Positions 27,001 through 37,990 of a stretch of 64,000 bases of DNA are shown here, in pieces. The notes under the pieces were generated by a model. The model saw nothing but the letters and a program-made list of their open reading frames with translations. It made no database searches and was not told the DNA's origin. Position numbers and translations under genes: made by a program. This stretch comes from Stegostoma tigrinum (lineage: Eukaryota): positions 6,242,497-6,306,496 of the forward strand of contig NC_081387.1 in assembly GCF_030684315.1 (NCBI RefSeq). The letters are read 5' to 3'. Position 1 is the first letter of the stretch. Each line of letters begins with the position of its first letter.

Positions 27001-30000
27001 ACCACTTCCTCAAGAAGTTCATTCCACATGCAAACCACCCTCTTTGTAAAAACATTTTGCCCCTTGTGTCTTTTTTTAAAATCTCTCTCCTCTCACCTTA
27101 AAAATATACCCTCAGTCTTGAAATCCCCCATCATACAGAAAAGACACCTACTATTAACTTATCAATACCCCTCATGATTTTTTAACATCTATAATGTCAC
27201 CTCTCAACTTTCTACACTCCCGGGAAAAAAGCCTGTCTTTATAAGTGATACCTTCCCTTCCCAACCACATCCTGATGAATCTCTTTTGAACCCTTTCCAG
27301 CCTAATGATATCTGTCCTATTGCAGTACTGGACACAGTACCACAGAAGGGGCCTCACCAATGTCCTGTGCAACATCAACATGATTTACCAACTCCAATAC
27401 TCAAAGGACTCATAAATGAAGTCAAGCATGCTAAACACCTTTCCAGCCACCTTGTCGATATGTGACACAAACTTCAAAGCATTACATCCCTGAACCTCTA
27501 TGTCCCTCAAGTCTGCAACAATACCCAAGAGTCTACCATTAATTGTATAGGTCCTGACTCTGTTTGTTCCATAAAAATGCAACATCTTGCATTCATCCAA
27601 ATAGAACTCCATCTGCCATTTTTCAGCTCATTGAACCATTTAATCAGGATTCCTTTATAATCTGAGAGAACCTTCTTCACTACAGACTATGTCACCGAAT
27701 TTGGTGCCGTCTGCGAACTCACGAACCATGCCTTCAATATTGTCATAAAAATTATTCATAGCAATGACAAACAAACAGGATCCAGAATCGACGCCTGTGG
27801 AAAAACACTGGTGACAGGCTCCAGTCTGAAAAGCAACCCTCTACCACCACGATAACAAAGTGTGGAGCTGGATGAACACAGCAGGCCAAGCAGCATCTTA
27901 GGAGCACAAAAGCTGACGTTGGGAGTCTCGACCATTCATCACAAAAGGGGGATGGGGAGAGGGTTCTGAAATAAATAGGGTGAGGGGGGAGGTGGATCAA
28001 AGATGGATAGAGGAGAAGATAGGTGGAGAGGAGACAGACAAGTTAAAGAGGCGGGGATGAAGCCAGTGGAGGTGAGTGTAGGTGGGGAGGTAGGGAAGGG
28101 ATAGGTCAGTCCGGGGAGGGTGGACAGGTCAAGGGGACGAGATGAGGTCAGTAGGTAGGAAATGGAGGTGCGGCTTGAGGTGGGTGGAGGGGATAGGTGA
28201 GAGGAAGGACAGGTTAGGGAAGCGGGAATGAGCTGGGCTGGTTTTGGGATGCAGTAGGGGGGGAGGGGAGATTTTGAAGCTTGTGAAGTCCATGTTGATA
28301 CCATTGGGCTGCAGGGTTCCCAAGCGGAATATGAGTTGCTGTTCCTGCAACCTTCATTTAGCATCAGTGTGGCACTGCAGGAGGCCCAGGATGGACATGT
28401 CGACTAAGAAAATGATGCGGGATTTGAAATGACTTGCGACTGAGATGTGCAGTTGTTTATTGTGAGCCGAGCACAGGTGTTCTGCAAAGCGGTCCCCAAT
28501 CCTCCACTTGGTTTCCCCAATGTAGAGGAGGCCACAACGGGGACAGCGGATGCAGTATACCACATTGGCAGATGTGCAGGTGAACATCTGCTTGATGTGG
28601 AAAGTCTTCTTCGAGCCTGTGATGTGGGTGAGGGAGGAGGTGTGGGGACGAGTGTGACACTTCCTGCGGTTGCAGGGGAAAGTGCCAGGTGTGGTGTGGT
28701 TGGAGGGGAGTGTGGAGTGGACAAGGGAGGCCCAGAGAGAGTGGTCTCTCCGGAAGGCAGATAAGAGTGGGGATGGAAAAATGTCTTTAGTGGTGGGGTC
28801 GGATTATAGGTGGCGGAAGTGTCGGAGGATGATGTGTTGGATCCGGAGCTTGGTGGGGTGGTACGTGAAGATGAGGGGGATTCTCTTTTGGCAGTTATTA
28901 CGGGGACAGGGTGTGAGGGATGAGTTGCGGGAAATGTGGGAGTCACGGTCGAGGGCGTTCTTGACCACTGCCGGGGGGGTGTTGCAGTCCTTGAAGAAGG
29001 AGGACATCTGAGATGTTCGAGAGAGGAATGCCTCATCCTAGGAGCAGATGCGGCAGGGGTGAAGGAATTAGGAATAGGAGGAGGTGTATTCTAGGTAGCT
29101 GTGGGAGTCGGTGGGCTTTAAATGGATATCAGTTTCTAGCTGATTGCCTGAGATGGAGACAGAGAGGTCCAGGAAGGTGAGGAATGTGTTGGAGATGGTC
29201 CAGGTGAACTTGAGGTTGGGGTGGAAGGTGTTGGTGAAGTGGATGAACTGTTTGAGTTCCTCTTGGGAGAACGAGGCGGTAACGGAGAAAGAGGCGGGGT
29301 TTGGGGCCAGTGTAGGTGCAGAAGAGGGACTGTTCCACATAACCTACAAAGAGGCAGGAATAGCTTGGGCCCATGCGGATACCCATGGCCACACCCTTTG
29401 TCTGTAGGAAGTAGGAAGAATCGAAAGAGAAGTTATTGAGGGTGAAGACAAGTTCGGCTAGGCGTTTGAGGGTGTCGGTGGTGGGGGACTGGTCAAGCCT
29501 GCAGGACAGGAAGAAGCGGAGGGCCTTTAGGGGAATGCAGGTGTATAGGGACTGGATGTCCATGGTGAAAATGAGGTGTTGGGGGCCGGGGAATTGGAAT
29601 TGGAAGTTCTGGAGGAGGTGGAGGGCATGGGTGTGTCACGGACGTAGGTGGGGAGTTCCTGGACCAAGGGGGAGGAAATGGAGTCCAGATAGGTAGAGCT
29701 GAGTTCGGCGGGGCAGGAGTAGGTGGAGACAATGGGTCAACCAGTGCAGGAGGGTTGTGGATTTTGCGAAGGAGATAGGAGCAGACTGTGGAGGGTTGGG
29801 GAACAATGAGGTTGGAGGCTGTGGGTGGGAGGTCACCTGAGGTGGTGAGGTTGTGGATGGTTTGGGAGATGATGGTTTGGTGCTCAGCGATGGGGTCCTG
29901 ATCCAGGGAGCGGTAGGAGGAGGTGTCGGAGAGTTGGCATTTGGCCTCGGTGATGTAGAGGTCAGTGCGCCATACTACAACTGCACCTCTCTTGTTTGCG

Positions 30001-33000
30001 GGCCTCTACCACCACTCGCTATCTTGATGAGTTGCTGTCATGAGATTTGTAAATGTTCACGCCACTGCCACTCTACATTTATGATTGAAGGAATTTGTGT
30101 TTAAAGGTGGTGGATGTAGTGCCAATCAAGTGAGAAACTGTATCTTGGATAATGTCCAGCTTCTACTGGAGCTAGACTCATCCAGGCAAATGCAGAGCAT
30201 TCCACCACTCTCTTCTTGTATGCCTTGTAGATGTTAGAAAGGCATTTGTAGACGGGCAGTGTGCTTCTACCACAGAATGCCAAGCATCTAACCTGTTGTT
30301 ATGGCCATCGTATCTGCAGTTAATTCAGGTGCATTCCTGGTTCATAGTATTGTTTGGGCTATTGATAATTGGAGGTTCAACAATGGCGATGCCATTGAAT
30401 GTCAAAGGTGAGGTAGGTAGCTTCTACCTTGTTGGATACGGCCAATTACTTGCTACCTCTGACACAAATTTGACATCAATGATTTAGGCATGTGTATGGT
30501 GAGGACAAAATAGATCAGAGTTTTGATGCCTGTCATTGACACTCAAGGAAGTGATTAGAAGTAAATGTAAATGTGGGAACTGCATCCTGATTATTTTCTA
30601 CTTGGTTCAGTTGATGAATAATCCTACCCAGAGATTTCCATTACAACACAAATCACTCAAATGAATAACCAAATATCTCAATACAGTCATTTCCTACATA
30701 ATCTGGAAAACTAATGGGTTACAGTCTCTTCAAAACAAGAGAGAAATATTGAACTCAAGCATTCTCTGTGCACAAAAACTTTTCACCACTTAACTTACCA
30801 ATGATCAGTAATGGAAATTCTGATGTATTATTTACCTTGGTGCCCTAGACTGAGGGGTAGGGAAAAGTAGTCTTGAGAGAATAAGCTCACAAATTTCAGT
30901 CACCTCGATCAACTCTCACCAGAAATGAAACTCAGTGCCTTTCTTCCCAGTATAATTCAATGCCTCATTCACAACTGAGAAGGTAAAAGTGTGCTTCAAC
31001 TATATTAACAATGAATATGCCACAAATGGAATACTATGTGCAGTTCTAGTCATCATACAATCAAAGATGTGATTGCACCAGAGAGGGTGCAGGTGTCATT
31101 CAACAACATGCAACCTGGAATGAAAGTTCTCAGTTATGAGGAGAGATGGGAAAAGTTTGTTTTCTGGGAGCAGAGGGGAATCAGGGTGGAGGGGTGGGGG
31201 GTGGGGGTGATGGATGAAGCTGATTAAGGTATTAAAAAATTATGAGAGGCAGAATCAGATTAGATCAGGAGAATTTTTCATCATGGTAGACATATCTAAG
31301 ACCAGACGGCATCGGTTTAAGGTGAGCAGCAAGTGATTTAAAGGAGACCCGATTGAAAGATGTTTCACCCAGAGGATGATAAATAAGGAGTATGATGCCA
31401 GTGAGGGTGGTGGAGGCAATGACTCTCACACCATTAAGAAGCATCTGGCTGAGCACTTAAAATTTCAGGGCACAGTAGGCGAAAGACAAAGTGCAGACAA
31501 ATGGGATCAATGTAGATTGGTTTCCCTTCCATTTTCCCTCCATTATAAGGTCAGAAATGGGGATGTTTGCTGATCATTGCAAATGTTCAGCATTGTTTGC
31601 TATTCCTCAGAGACTGAAACAGTCCATTTCCAAATGCAGCAAGACCTGGACACGAGTCAGGCTTGCAATGCTCAGTGGTCAGTGATATTGACACCACACA
31701 CATGTGTCATCTACTGACCAACTGAAATAGTTTCATTCTCACCTACCTCCCTTTGATATTCAATGGTGTTATCATTACTGAAACCCTCCGGATCAACTTC
31801 CTGGGGGGACAGTCATCCTCAACCTGAAGTGGATGAACCACATGTACAATGTGGCTGTAAGAGCAGGCCAGATGTTGGGAATTCTGCAGTAACTCACCAC
31901 AAACAACCTGCTTAATTCTTCCCATATCCAAATATAATTGCTATTCCTTCATAATACTGGAAGCCCCTGACATATGGCACTGTGGGTGTATCTAAACACG
32001 AAAGGACTTTATTTGTTCAGGAAGGCAGCTCATCACCACCTTCTCAAGGGCAACTGTTCCCTTTCCAAGTGTCAATAACAAGAGGGTAAAATTTTAATGC
32101 GAGAGGCAGGAGGTTCACAGGGGATTTGAAGAAAGGCCTTTTACACCCAGAGGGGGCTGGAATATACTGCCTGGGAGGGGCAGCTGAAGTGGGAAACTTC
32201 ACAACCTTTAAAAAAATCGATGTATGAGTCCTTACGGAGCACATTCACCGTTATGGGCTCAACACTCGGGAGTGGGACTAATGTAGATTTAGTGTATTTT
32301 TGGTAGGACAGGCTTGATGGATTAAAGTGCCTCTTGTGTACTATATGATTCTATGATTCTACCTCAGGATGAGCAATAAATGCAAGCCCAGCCAGAAACA
32401 CTCAGTACAATTTGGCCTTTCGCTTATATTTAATTGCAACTTTCATAAATATGGTCCGTCACAAGTCTGGGGTCAATCAATAATCTGGAACAGTACCCTG
32501 GGAAACACCCAGTCTATCACTAATCTCACAACAGAGAACATCTGGAGAGAGATACTGGGAAACCCCTCCTGACCAGGGAACATCTGGAGTGATTTTTGAT
32601 TTTCTTCAGTAATGTCTCATGTATAGAGTTGCAGTGAAGAATTTTATTTAACTAAAGTCTGATCTGCGATTCATCAGCACAACTGGGAAAGATGTGCAGT
32701 GAGTGAATCCAGATTAAAATGAGGAGAGACAGGAATATTTGGGAGGATGAAGTGAGAGACCAGGAGGGACAGTCACTGTGTGAACAGTCTCTCTGTCAAA
32801 CAGGGGGGATGGACAATGCAGAGCTGGACCCTCGCTGTCCTTCGCTGAGCTTTTTAATCACCCCTTTATACATGACCAGTAGGATGCTGCTGTCTGAGAT
32901 AATCGGACCTATTCAGCCAGGAAGGCATCACAGCTGAGCCTGGAGTGGATTAACCATGGAGTATCCTTCTCCTCCCCACCGTCTTTACAAAATTTTGACC

Positions 33001-33371
33001 AGAAGTGGTGAAGATGTTTAGCTCTTCCCAATTGTTGTGAAAATTAAAATTGTCCTTTAGGATTATTTCCCATTTGCTCTGAGCTTCCCTGATCTCACGG
33101 TTTCTATATCCTGCTGTCAGGAGACCTGGATACAAATCCCATCAGAGTCTCCCAGACTGTGCTGTCTACAATGTGTAAAATATCAGGCTGGCTGTATTAC
33201 AGGCGGCTGGTCAAACAGCCCCGATTTCAAACTCTCACCAAGAGATTCACATTCACCCCAGAGACAGAGAGAGAGAGAGAGAGAGGGAGAGAGAAGGGAA
33301 TGCTAAATTCTGTACTTACCGGGAGAGACCGAGGAAAAACACAGGGAGATGGAGAAAAGGGTCATCAACAT
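1..33371 (-). CDS. MHC class I heavy chain-like gene A (nonclassical-like), multi-exon, 3' end runs off the window
   Basis: Joined exons 33371-33320, 26322-26062, 9285-9010, 8804-8538 (and probably 60-1) give an open frame: signal peptide, alpha1 ([10 protein letters not shown]...PRQKWM...YWEQ...NQTS), alpha2 ([12 protein letters not shown]...FAFDG...KEKWD...LENDC), alpha3 C1-set Ig (C...[15 protein letters not shown]...PNEDGTFQ...YACHIEH). All introns are GT-AG, phase 1. Confidence 0.9.
280..660 (+). mobile_element. CR1 LINE 3' end fragment
   Basis: gaccttatagaggtttataaaatcatgagg ... gggcctgtttccatgctgtatgact. Confidence 0.8.
2253..2567 (-). mobile_element. Shark tRNA-derived SINE (HE1-like)
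   Basis: The - strand head gtggctcagtaggtagcactgctgcctcac...ggttcaattc has A/B boxes; body gagtttgcacattctccc; CR1-like 3' tail. Confidence 0.85.
4330..5530 (-). mobile_element. Degenerate CR1 LINE fragment
   Basis: Reverse-strand CR1 RT/3'-end-like text (gtgaagaaatgtttcctc, ggagaccaaaattgc). Confidence 0.6.
5545..7690 (+). mobile_element. CR1 LINE fragment, degenerate
   Basis: SCLTNLI...[35 protein letters not shown]; typical CR1 3' end. Confidence 0.9.
8538..8804 (-). CDS. MHC-I gene A alpha3 (Ig C1-set) exon
   Basis: 267 nt; acceptor tctttctttcatacag, donor G|gtaagc; PPEVSI...[21 protein letters not shown]...[10 protein letters not shown]...[10 protein letters not shown]...W. Confidence 0.94.
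9010..9285 (-). CDS. MHC-I gene A alpha2 exon
   Basis: 276 nt; acceptor atgtttag, donor A|gtaagt; [12 protein letters not shown]...[19 protein letters not shown]...KEKWD...[14 protein letters not shown], with both canonical cysteines. Confidence 0.93.
10718..15973 (-). mobile_element. Tx1-type (L1 clade) non-LTR retrotransposon, copy 1, full length but mutated
   Basis: ORF1 with CCHC knuckles (frameshifted); ORF2 with APE endonuclease (GDFN, SDH), RT (YMDN instead of YMDD) and C-terminal Cys-His motif; AATAAA and poly(A) at the 10718 end; highly similar to copy 2. Confidence 0.93.
10996..14383 (-). pseudogene. Tx1 copy 1 ORF2, disrupted
   Basis: Split into ORFs 14097..14417 and 10996..14022; small deletion in the endonuclease domain; catalytic YMDD changed to YMDN. 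Confidence 0.85.
16273..19692 (-). CDS. Tx1 ORF2p: AP endonuclease + reverse transcriptase + C-terminal zinc-binding motif (intact)
   Basis: [11 protein letters not shown]...LQE...GGDFN...SRIDF...SDH; [46 protein letters not shown]; CPRGGC...[10 protein letters not shown]. Confidence 0.93.
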   Translation of the reverse strand: MGVRIASINVRSVKSTARCVSTLAYLTTIKADLLFLQECGIPHLGRYGKWSGAWTCGPSIWSGGNDCRSSGLAILLRGRNFTISQVQEVVGGRLLVADITYRNAPLRLINVYAPVIRSERLDVLQRLPPLLATSRPVILGGDFNCIIDADGRSGVGTAGGGIQLDVTSRFLMGTVKDAKLLDVFSTPADGAQQRYTWSRPDGSIRSRIDFLFVSRTFSVRSTGVEPVFFSDHCLLLADCHLEDDQPAGKGTWKLNTTLLTPENVEELKREYTGWRTVKPLFESPGDWWETVKENIKRFFVLKGVQKVRERRGKLSRVQKRVQNLLLLQLMGVDVTEDLREVRGQQASLFAVEASRIIFRSRVRSVEQDETCSRFFFQKVHKESSVLSRLKEDDGSVTSSRPDVLRISRSFSAGLYDTKPTDSTASESFLSSITEVLDDGTREWLDRPISLDELARALKSLQRNRTPGSDGLPVELYSALWGLVGQDLLEVYDSALRAGEMCKSMRKGIITLIYKRKGEREEIKNWRPISLLNVDYKILAKVIANRVRSVLESVIHPDQTCAVPGRKIAESLALIRDMIAYVQDRRVDTCLVSLDQEKAFDRVSHAYMRDVLSKLGFGEGIRNWIRLLYANIVSAVSINGWESDSFPVRSGVRQGCPLSPALFVCCVEPFAASIRKDVSLRGVTIPGSGGLQVKTSLYMDDVAVFCTDRRSVSRLLDICGQFELASGAKVNRGKSEVMFFGNWDDRSFIPFTVRTDYLKVLGVWFGGAGACTKTWEERISKFKQKLGRWTLRSLSIAGKNLVVRCEGLSVLLYVAQAWPITWTCAAAVTRAIFHFIWGSRMDRVRRDTMYKDLGNGGKGVPNATLALTATFVCGCIKLCVDPQYANTKCHYLLRFYLSPVLRRMGLASLPRNAPSSWTVPYHLSFVEKFLKGNTFDHKAVRQWSARSILRTLREKERVDPVVWFPMQTAKVVWQNASSPELSNKHKDIAWLAVRGALPVRSFMHARNLCTTARCPRGGCGGDETVDHLLVECAYAQEVWRGMQWYLSRFVPSSSVTRDSMLYGLFPGTHTETNINCAWRTINAVKDALWSARNLLVCQLKELTPTECCRLAHSKVQGYVLRDALKLGAAAAKARWGKTTV
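19667..21129 (-). CDS. Tx1 ORF1p (zinc-knuckle nucleic-acid-binding protein), one frameshift near 20350
   Basis: [12 protein letters not shown]...[42 protein letters not shown]; the C-terminal part continues in ORF 19667..20416. Confidence 0.8.
21595..21634 (+). ncRNA. Minimal type I hammerhead-ribozyme-like motif in the Penelope terminal repeat
   Basis: UCA-CUGAUGA-c-GUUACC-uagaau-GGUGAC-GAAA-CGUC-UGA: conserved core, 6-bp helix II, palindromic ACGU helix III, 3-bp helix I. Penelope pseudo-LTRs are known to carry minimal hammerheads. Activity is untested. Confidence 0.6.
24045..24345 (-). mobile_element. Shark tRNA-derived SINE (HE1-like) inserted in a LINE
   Basis: Same SINE motifs as 2253-2567. 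Confidence 0.8.
24868..25410 (-). mobile_element. CR1 LINE 3' end (young)
   Basis: [20 protein letters not shown]...[12 protein letters not shown]; (agaacat)n tail. Confidence 0.9.
26062..26322 (-). CDS. MHC-I gene A alpha1 exon
   Basis: 261 nt; acceptor tttttctcctctag, donor A|gtgagt; [28 protein letters not shown] motifs (within ORF 26039..26401). Confidence 0.92.
26890..27850 (-). mobile_element. CR1 LINE 3' fragment
   Basis: [14 protein letters not shown]..., DECKMLHF. Confidence 0.8.
27850..29995 (-). mobile_element. Penelope-like element, degenerate (RT + GIY-YIG)
   Basis: ORF fragments [11 protein letters not shown]...[16 protein letters not shown]; [26 protein letters not shown]; 3' terminal repeat near 27850-27960. 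Confidence 0.9.
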
Positions 33372-33400
33372 TCTGGCACAGTCCACTGTCTGTATTCCAA
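32677..33400 (-). repeat. Inverted duplicated segment (leader exon + start of following intron), partner of 40892-41630
   Basis: Colinear reverse-complement similarity over ~720 bp, including a shared (GA)n/(TC)n microsatellite. Confidence 0.9.
33320..33371 (-). CDS. MHC-I gene A signal peptide exon ([17 protein letters not shown])
   Basis: ATG at 33371, 52 nt, hydrophobic, ends G|gtaagt; homologous to the gene B leader; correct orientation upstream of the alpha1 exon. Confidence 0.75.
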
Positions 33401-33779
33401 TCAAGCCCTGGGAATTAAATATTCCTGGGAAGGGAGAAATAATCATAGTTTGGGGGCTGGGGAAAATAAAACAAAACAGAATTGCAAGATGTCGCTTTGA
33501 CCGTTGGACTGAAGTTGGATCCTTTCCTAATGACTCGGAGTGGGAGTGACTGGTTGGTTTGTCTCAGAAAGAAAACTCCGCAGTTAAAAACGAGGAAGGG
33601 CTGACCATCACCAGTCCCCGTGAGATTGAACCGCCTGAAGGTTCTGGTTGAGTCTGAGATACAAAAACTGATGGGAATGTTTCCCTCGGGGGCAGCGAAC
33701 ACACACCGACTGGGATATTTTTTACCAGGTGGTGGTGGGGGTGAAGCTGGCAGCATCAGGCCCCTGAGGCCCGGGATCT

Positions 33780-34040
33780 GCCCGGTTTTCTTTTCACCTT
33801 TTCTCGGTCTTTTCTATTTTCCTGATTTTCCTGTGGAGAGCTCGGGGAGCTTCCTGCTCTCTGTGGTTTCGGTTTATTTTCTGTGTTTCCGGGTGGCAAC
33901 ACTGCACATCACTTCTCACTGAGTTTGTAACAAAAGCCACATGACAAACAAATACTGTCTAATTGGCTAAAATTCACATTCTCTTCAGTTTGCGGCGCGT
34001 TATGTTTTCGCTTTTGGCTTCCACTCAGCGGCGGCACGGA
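33780..34040 (-). promoter_or_regulatory. Probable promoter region of gene A (IRF-E-like motifs, CCAAT box, local CpG cluster)
   Basis: GGTTTCGGTTT (~33865), GTTTTCGCTTTT (~34003), ATTGG (~33962, CCAAT on the - strand), CpG-rich tgcggcgcgt/gcggcggcacgg. Confidence 0.4.
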
Positions 34041-34711
34041 GGGAGGTGGCTCAGATGAAATGTGGGACTGATTGACACAGCAGCCACTCCTGCTCGATGC
34101 CCTCAGGGAGATGGTGCGGACTGTCCCTCAGCTTTCACACCACGGGAGAGAAATATCATTCTCTGTCACTTCTGAACACAACCAAGGATATATTTCCCTC
34201 CACTCCCCTCCCTGCTTTCCGGGGGGACCGCTCTCTCTCCACTCCGCACCAGCACCACCGCCTCTCCCTGCAACCGCAGGAAGTGCTACTTCCCGAACGA
34301 GGGTCTCAGTTTCTTGTGGCTCTCGGCTTTGGTCCCCTCCCGGTGTGTTCACCGTTGACAGTCAATGTTTGATTAAGGACACCATCAAAATGTTCTTTTC
34401 TGGTTGCTTAGGATCTGTCCTTCCGATAGAGGATCAGTTACCTCATCCCCTTAAATCTAACAGGCATTGCCAGCTGCAGCCTGCTCCTCTCCCCGAGAGA
34501 TATCGTTCACGTGGCACTGTTGTGTTAAACATGCCCTCCAATCTGAGTAATACCATGCCACTTCTCTCCCACTGATGAAAAAGATCTGTTTGGAAGTGGC
34601 GATTGCAGTCCTGTATGAGGATCTCATCTGGAAAAGCGGAAACAATGTGAAAGTTCGCAATGACCATGAGAAAGTTCGCTTTGCCAAAAAATGAGGGAAG
34701 TTTTAACCAGA

Positions 34712-35000
34712 CAGGTTTTAACAGTGAGTGGGAGGGAGAGACGGAGTTAGGAGGGGAATGAAATGAGTCTGACAGATTTTAACAGAGTGGGAGGGAGAGA
34801 CGGGGTCAAGAGGGGAATGAAATGATTCTGACAGATTTTAACAGAGTGGGAGGGAGAGACGGGGTCAAGGGGGAATGAAATGATTCTGACAGATTTTAAC
34901 AGAGTGGGAGGGAGAGACGGGGTCAAGAGGGGAATGAAATGATTCTGACAGGTTTTAACAGTGAGTGGGAGGGAGAGACGGGGTCAAGAGGGGAATGAAG
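34712..35000. repeat. Minisatellite, ~5 copies of a 57-60 bp unit
   Basis: acagattttaacagagtgggagggagagacggggtcaagaggggaatgaaatgattctg repeated. Confidence 0.93.
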
Positions 35001-35649
35001 ACGGTAAAAATATATCGATGATAGAAGTTAAGATGTCACTTCTGGAATCGGGAAGAATTTGGGAATGGCAAAATCAGGAGCTGAGAAAACAGAAGAAGAA
35101 TATGAGAAATTGAATAAAATATAAAATTAGTGTGAAATATTCTCGATCATTCACTTGACCCAGTATTCTGCATTAATTAACCAGGCTGTCACAGCTCAGT
35201 GCAGAGGGAGAAGAGGATGAGGGATTGGAAGGAGAGAAGAAGAGACTGGTGTTTTAAGGAACTGGAGACTGAGTGGGGAGTGTTACATCTTCCAGTCCCT
35301 TCTATGTCATTCCCAGCGCTCTGTCCCCTCAGCCACTTACTGCAAGCTGTTGTGTAGGTCTCACTTGGTGAATGTGTCGAAGCAAAATAAATGTCCATGA
35401 GAATGTGGAATAACTCATTGTCAGAGTGAGAACATAACAAATGTGAAGGAATGGCCACTGAGTCAGAAATCCTCATTCCCACACTTTCCTCCATCTTTAC
35501 ACTGCATGGAGATTCTGAAGATTTCTTCCATTTCATCGACAGTCGGTCAGTGAGGATGTGAGTGTATGTAATGCATTTAATCAGCAATATGGGAATGGAT
35601 CAGACAAAGAAAAAGCAGGTAGGGAACAAGACATATTGATACTCAGAGA

Positions 35650-37510
35650 TCATAATAACAGCCGATGCTGGAGTCAGAGAGAACACAATGTCAAGCTGGA
35701 GGAACACGGCAGGCCAGGCAACATCAAAGGAGCAGTAAAGTTGATGTTTCAGGTCAGAAACCTTCTTCAGAAAACTCTGTGTCCCGACCCAAAACATCAA
35801 TTTCCCTGCTCCTCTGATGCTGTGTTCCTCTAACTCCACATTGCATTCTCTCTGACGTCAGCATCAGCAGTTATTACTATTTCTGAGTGTGCTGTAATCC
35901 CAATGCGAAACCCATTTTCCGAAGACATGTTGATATATGTGTATCTGTGTGTGAAAAATTATCGGTGGGTGAAAACCAGGCCTCCAGGAAATCTCGTGCT
36001 TGTATTTGCCTTGCTTGTCCTCGTCCTATAACTTTGTCCCAGTCAAATTGACGTCCCATGTCAGAGGGCATTGAAATGAGGGCGAATTGGTCGTGACGTT
36101 TTGTTGTGAGGTGGTGTTCATGTATCCTGGTGATGGGTTTCCTGCCCATCTGTCCTGTGTAGTGTTTCTAGTGGACTGCATGAAATCAGAGTGAGACCGA
36201 ACAACAGCCCTTCAGCAGAGGTTACATAGCACTGACAATGTCCCCTAGGAAGGAGATGAAACGTTTGCAAAAAAAAAGTCAGCTCAACAAACCAATCAGT
36301 AACTCCAACTGCAACCTGAGCTAATGGTTTTCAATAAATCATTAAACACGAGGCTAGATTGAGTGAAGTGCAGGTGTTGCTTCACCTGGAAGGTGTGTCT
36401 GGGACTTTGGAGGAGGTAAATACAGAGTGTTCTGTGGTTTTTGCCATGGGAGCGTGAGAAGGAATGGCAGAGGAGTGGACCAGAGTGTCCCAAAGGGATT
36501 GGTCCTTGCAGAACGCTGACAGGGAGGGGAGGGGAATATGTGTCTGGCTGTAGCATCCACTGGAGGTGATGGAAATGGCAGCTAATAGTCCTTTGGGTTT
36601 GGAGGCTGGTAGGGTGCTAGGTAAGAAACAGGGGGACTGTATCGCTGTTGTGATAGGGCGAGGGCAGAAGTGCAGGAGATGGGTCAAACATGGTATTGGA
36701 GAATCGGCGTTTGATGCAAAAGTTGGACATATCTGAAGAGCCCCTGTGGTCGGTGGCATCATCAGGACAGATGTCATGGAGATGGGGAAACTGGCAGATT
36801 GGGAAGGAGTCCCGACAGGAAACAAGGGTGAAGGGATACAGCTGAAGTAACTGTGGGAGTCAATGTGTTGGTGGCCAGTCTATTCCCAGAAATGGAAACA
36901 GAGATGTCAAGGAAAACAAGGGAGGAGTCAGGGATGGGCCATGTGAAAGTGAGGGCAGGGAGGTAAGTGGAAGCAAAATTGATAAAAACTTCCAATTCCA
37001 GAAGAGCGAGGGAAGCAGCACTGTTGATGTCATGGAGAAAGAGTTGTGAGGAGGGACACAAGGAGGACTGGATCAAGAAATGGTCCACAAACCCCACAAA
37101 AAGACAGGATTAACTGGGGCTCATGTGAATACTCATGGCCACAGCTTTGACCTGAAGAAAGTGTGAAGAGTTAAAGGAGAAGTTGTTCGAAGTGAGGATG
37201 AGCCAGGCAGAGGAGACTGGTATTGGATGGGCAAGGTTCAGGCTTTTTTTCCAGGAAGAAGCGGAGGACCCTGAGACCATCCTGATGAAGGAGATGGATG
37301 TGTGAAAAGATTGCACATTCATGGTGAAGAGGAGGTGACTGGAGCCTGCAAACTGGAAATTTTAAAACTGACATGAAGCATACAAGAAAGGGGTTAGACT
37401 TGGGGGCAAAAAATCGAAACAATGGACCAGTGCAGGTGGTACTGTTTGTGGATTTTGAAAAGAAGGTCGAAGCGGACTACACTGGGTTGGAGGATTATGA
37501 ACTGGGACTA
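35650..37510 (-). mobile_element. Old Penelope-like fragments (two families)
   Basis: GRKPITRIHEH...FDWDKV...ARDFLEAWFS (GIY-YIG C-terminal region); NNFSFNSSHFLQVKAVAM (RT); terminal-repeat remnants at ~35660-35870 and ~36190-36330. Confidence 0.75.
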
Positions 37511-37511
37511 C

Positions 37512-37990
37512 TCTGGATGCTTTGGAGAGGGTTCAGAGGAGGTTTACCAGGATGCTGCCTGGACTGGAGGGCTTATCTTATGAAGAGAGGTTGACTGAGC
37601 TCGGTCTCTTTTCATTGGAGAAAAGGAGGAGGAGAGGGGACCTAATTGAGGTATACAAGATAATGAGAGGCATAGATAGAGTTGATAGCCATAGACTATT
37701 TCCCAGGGCAGAAATGGCTAGCACGAGGGGTCATAGTTTTAAGCTGGTTGGAGGAAAGTATAGAGGGGATGTCAGAGGCGGGTTCTTTACACAGAGAGTT
37801 GTGAGAGCATGGAATGCGTTGCCAGCAGCAGTTGTGGAAGCAAGGTCATTGGGGTCATTTAAGAGACTGCTGGACATGCATATGGTCACAGAAATTTGAG
37901 GGTGCATACATGAGGATCAATGGTCGGCACAACATCGTGGGCTGCAGGGCCTGTTCTGTGCTGTACTGTTCTATGTTCTATGTTCTATGT
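37512..37990 (+). mobile_element. CR1 LINE 3' end (young), inserted in a Penelope fragment
   Basis: [23 protein letters not shown]...; (tgttcta)n tail. Confidence 0.92.
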
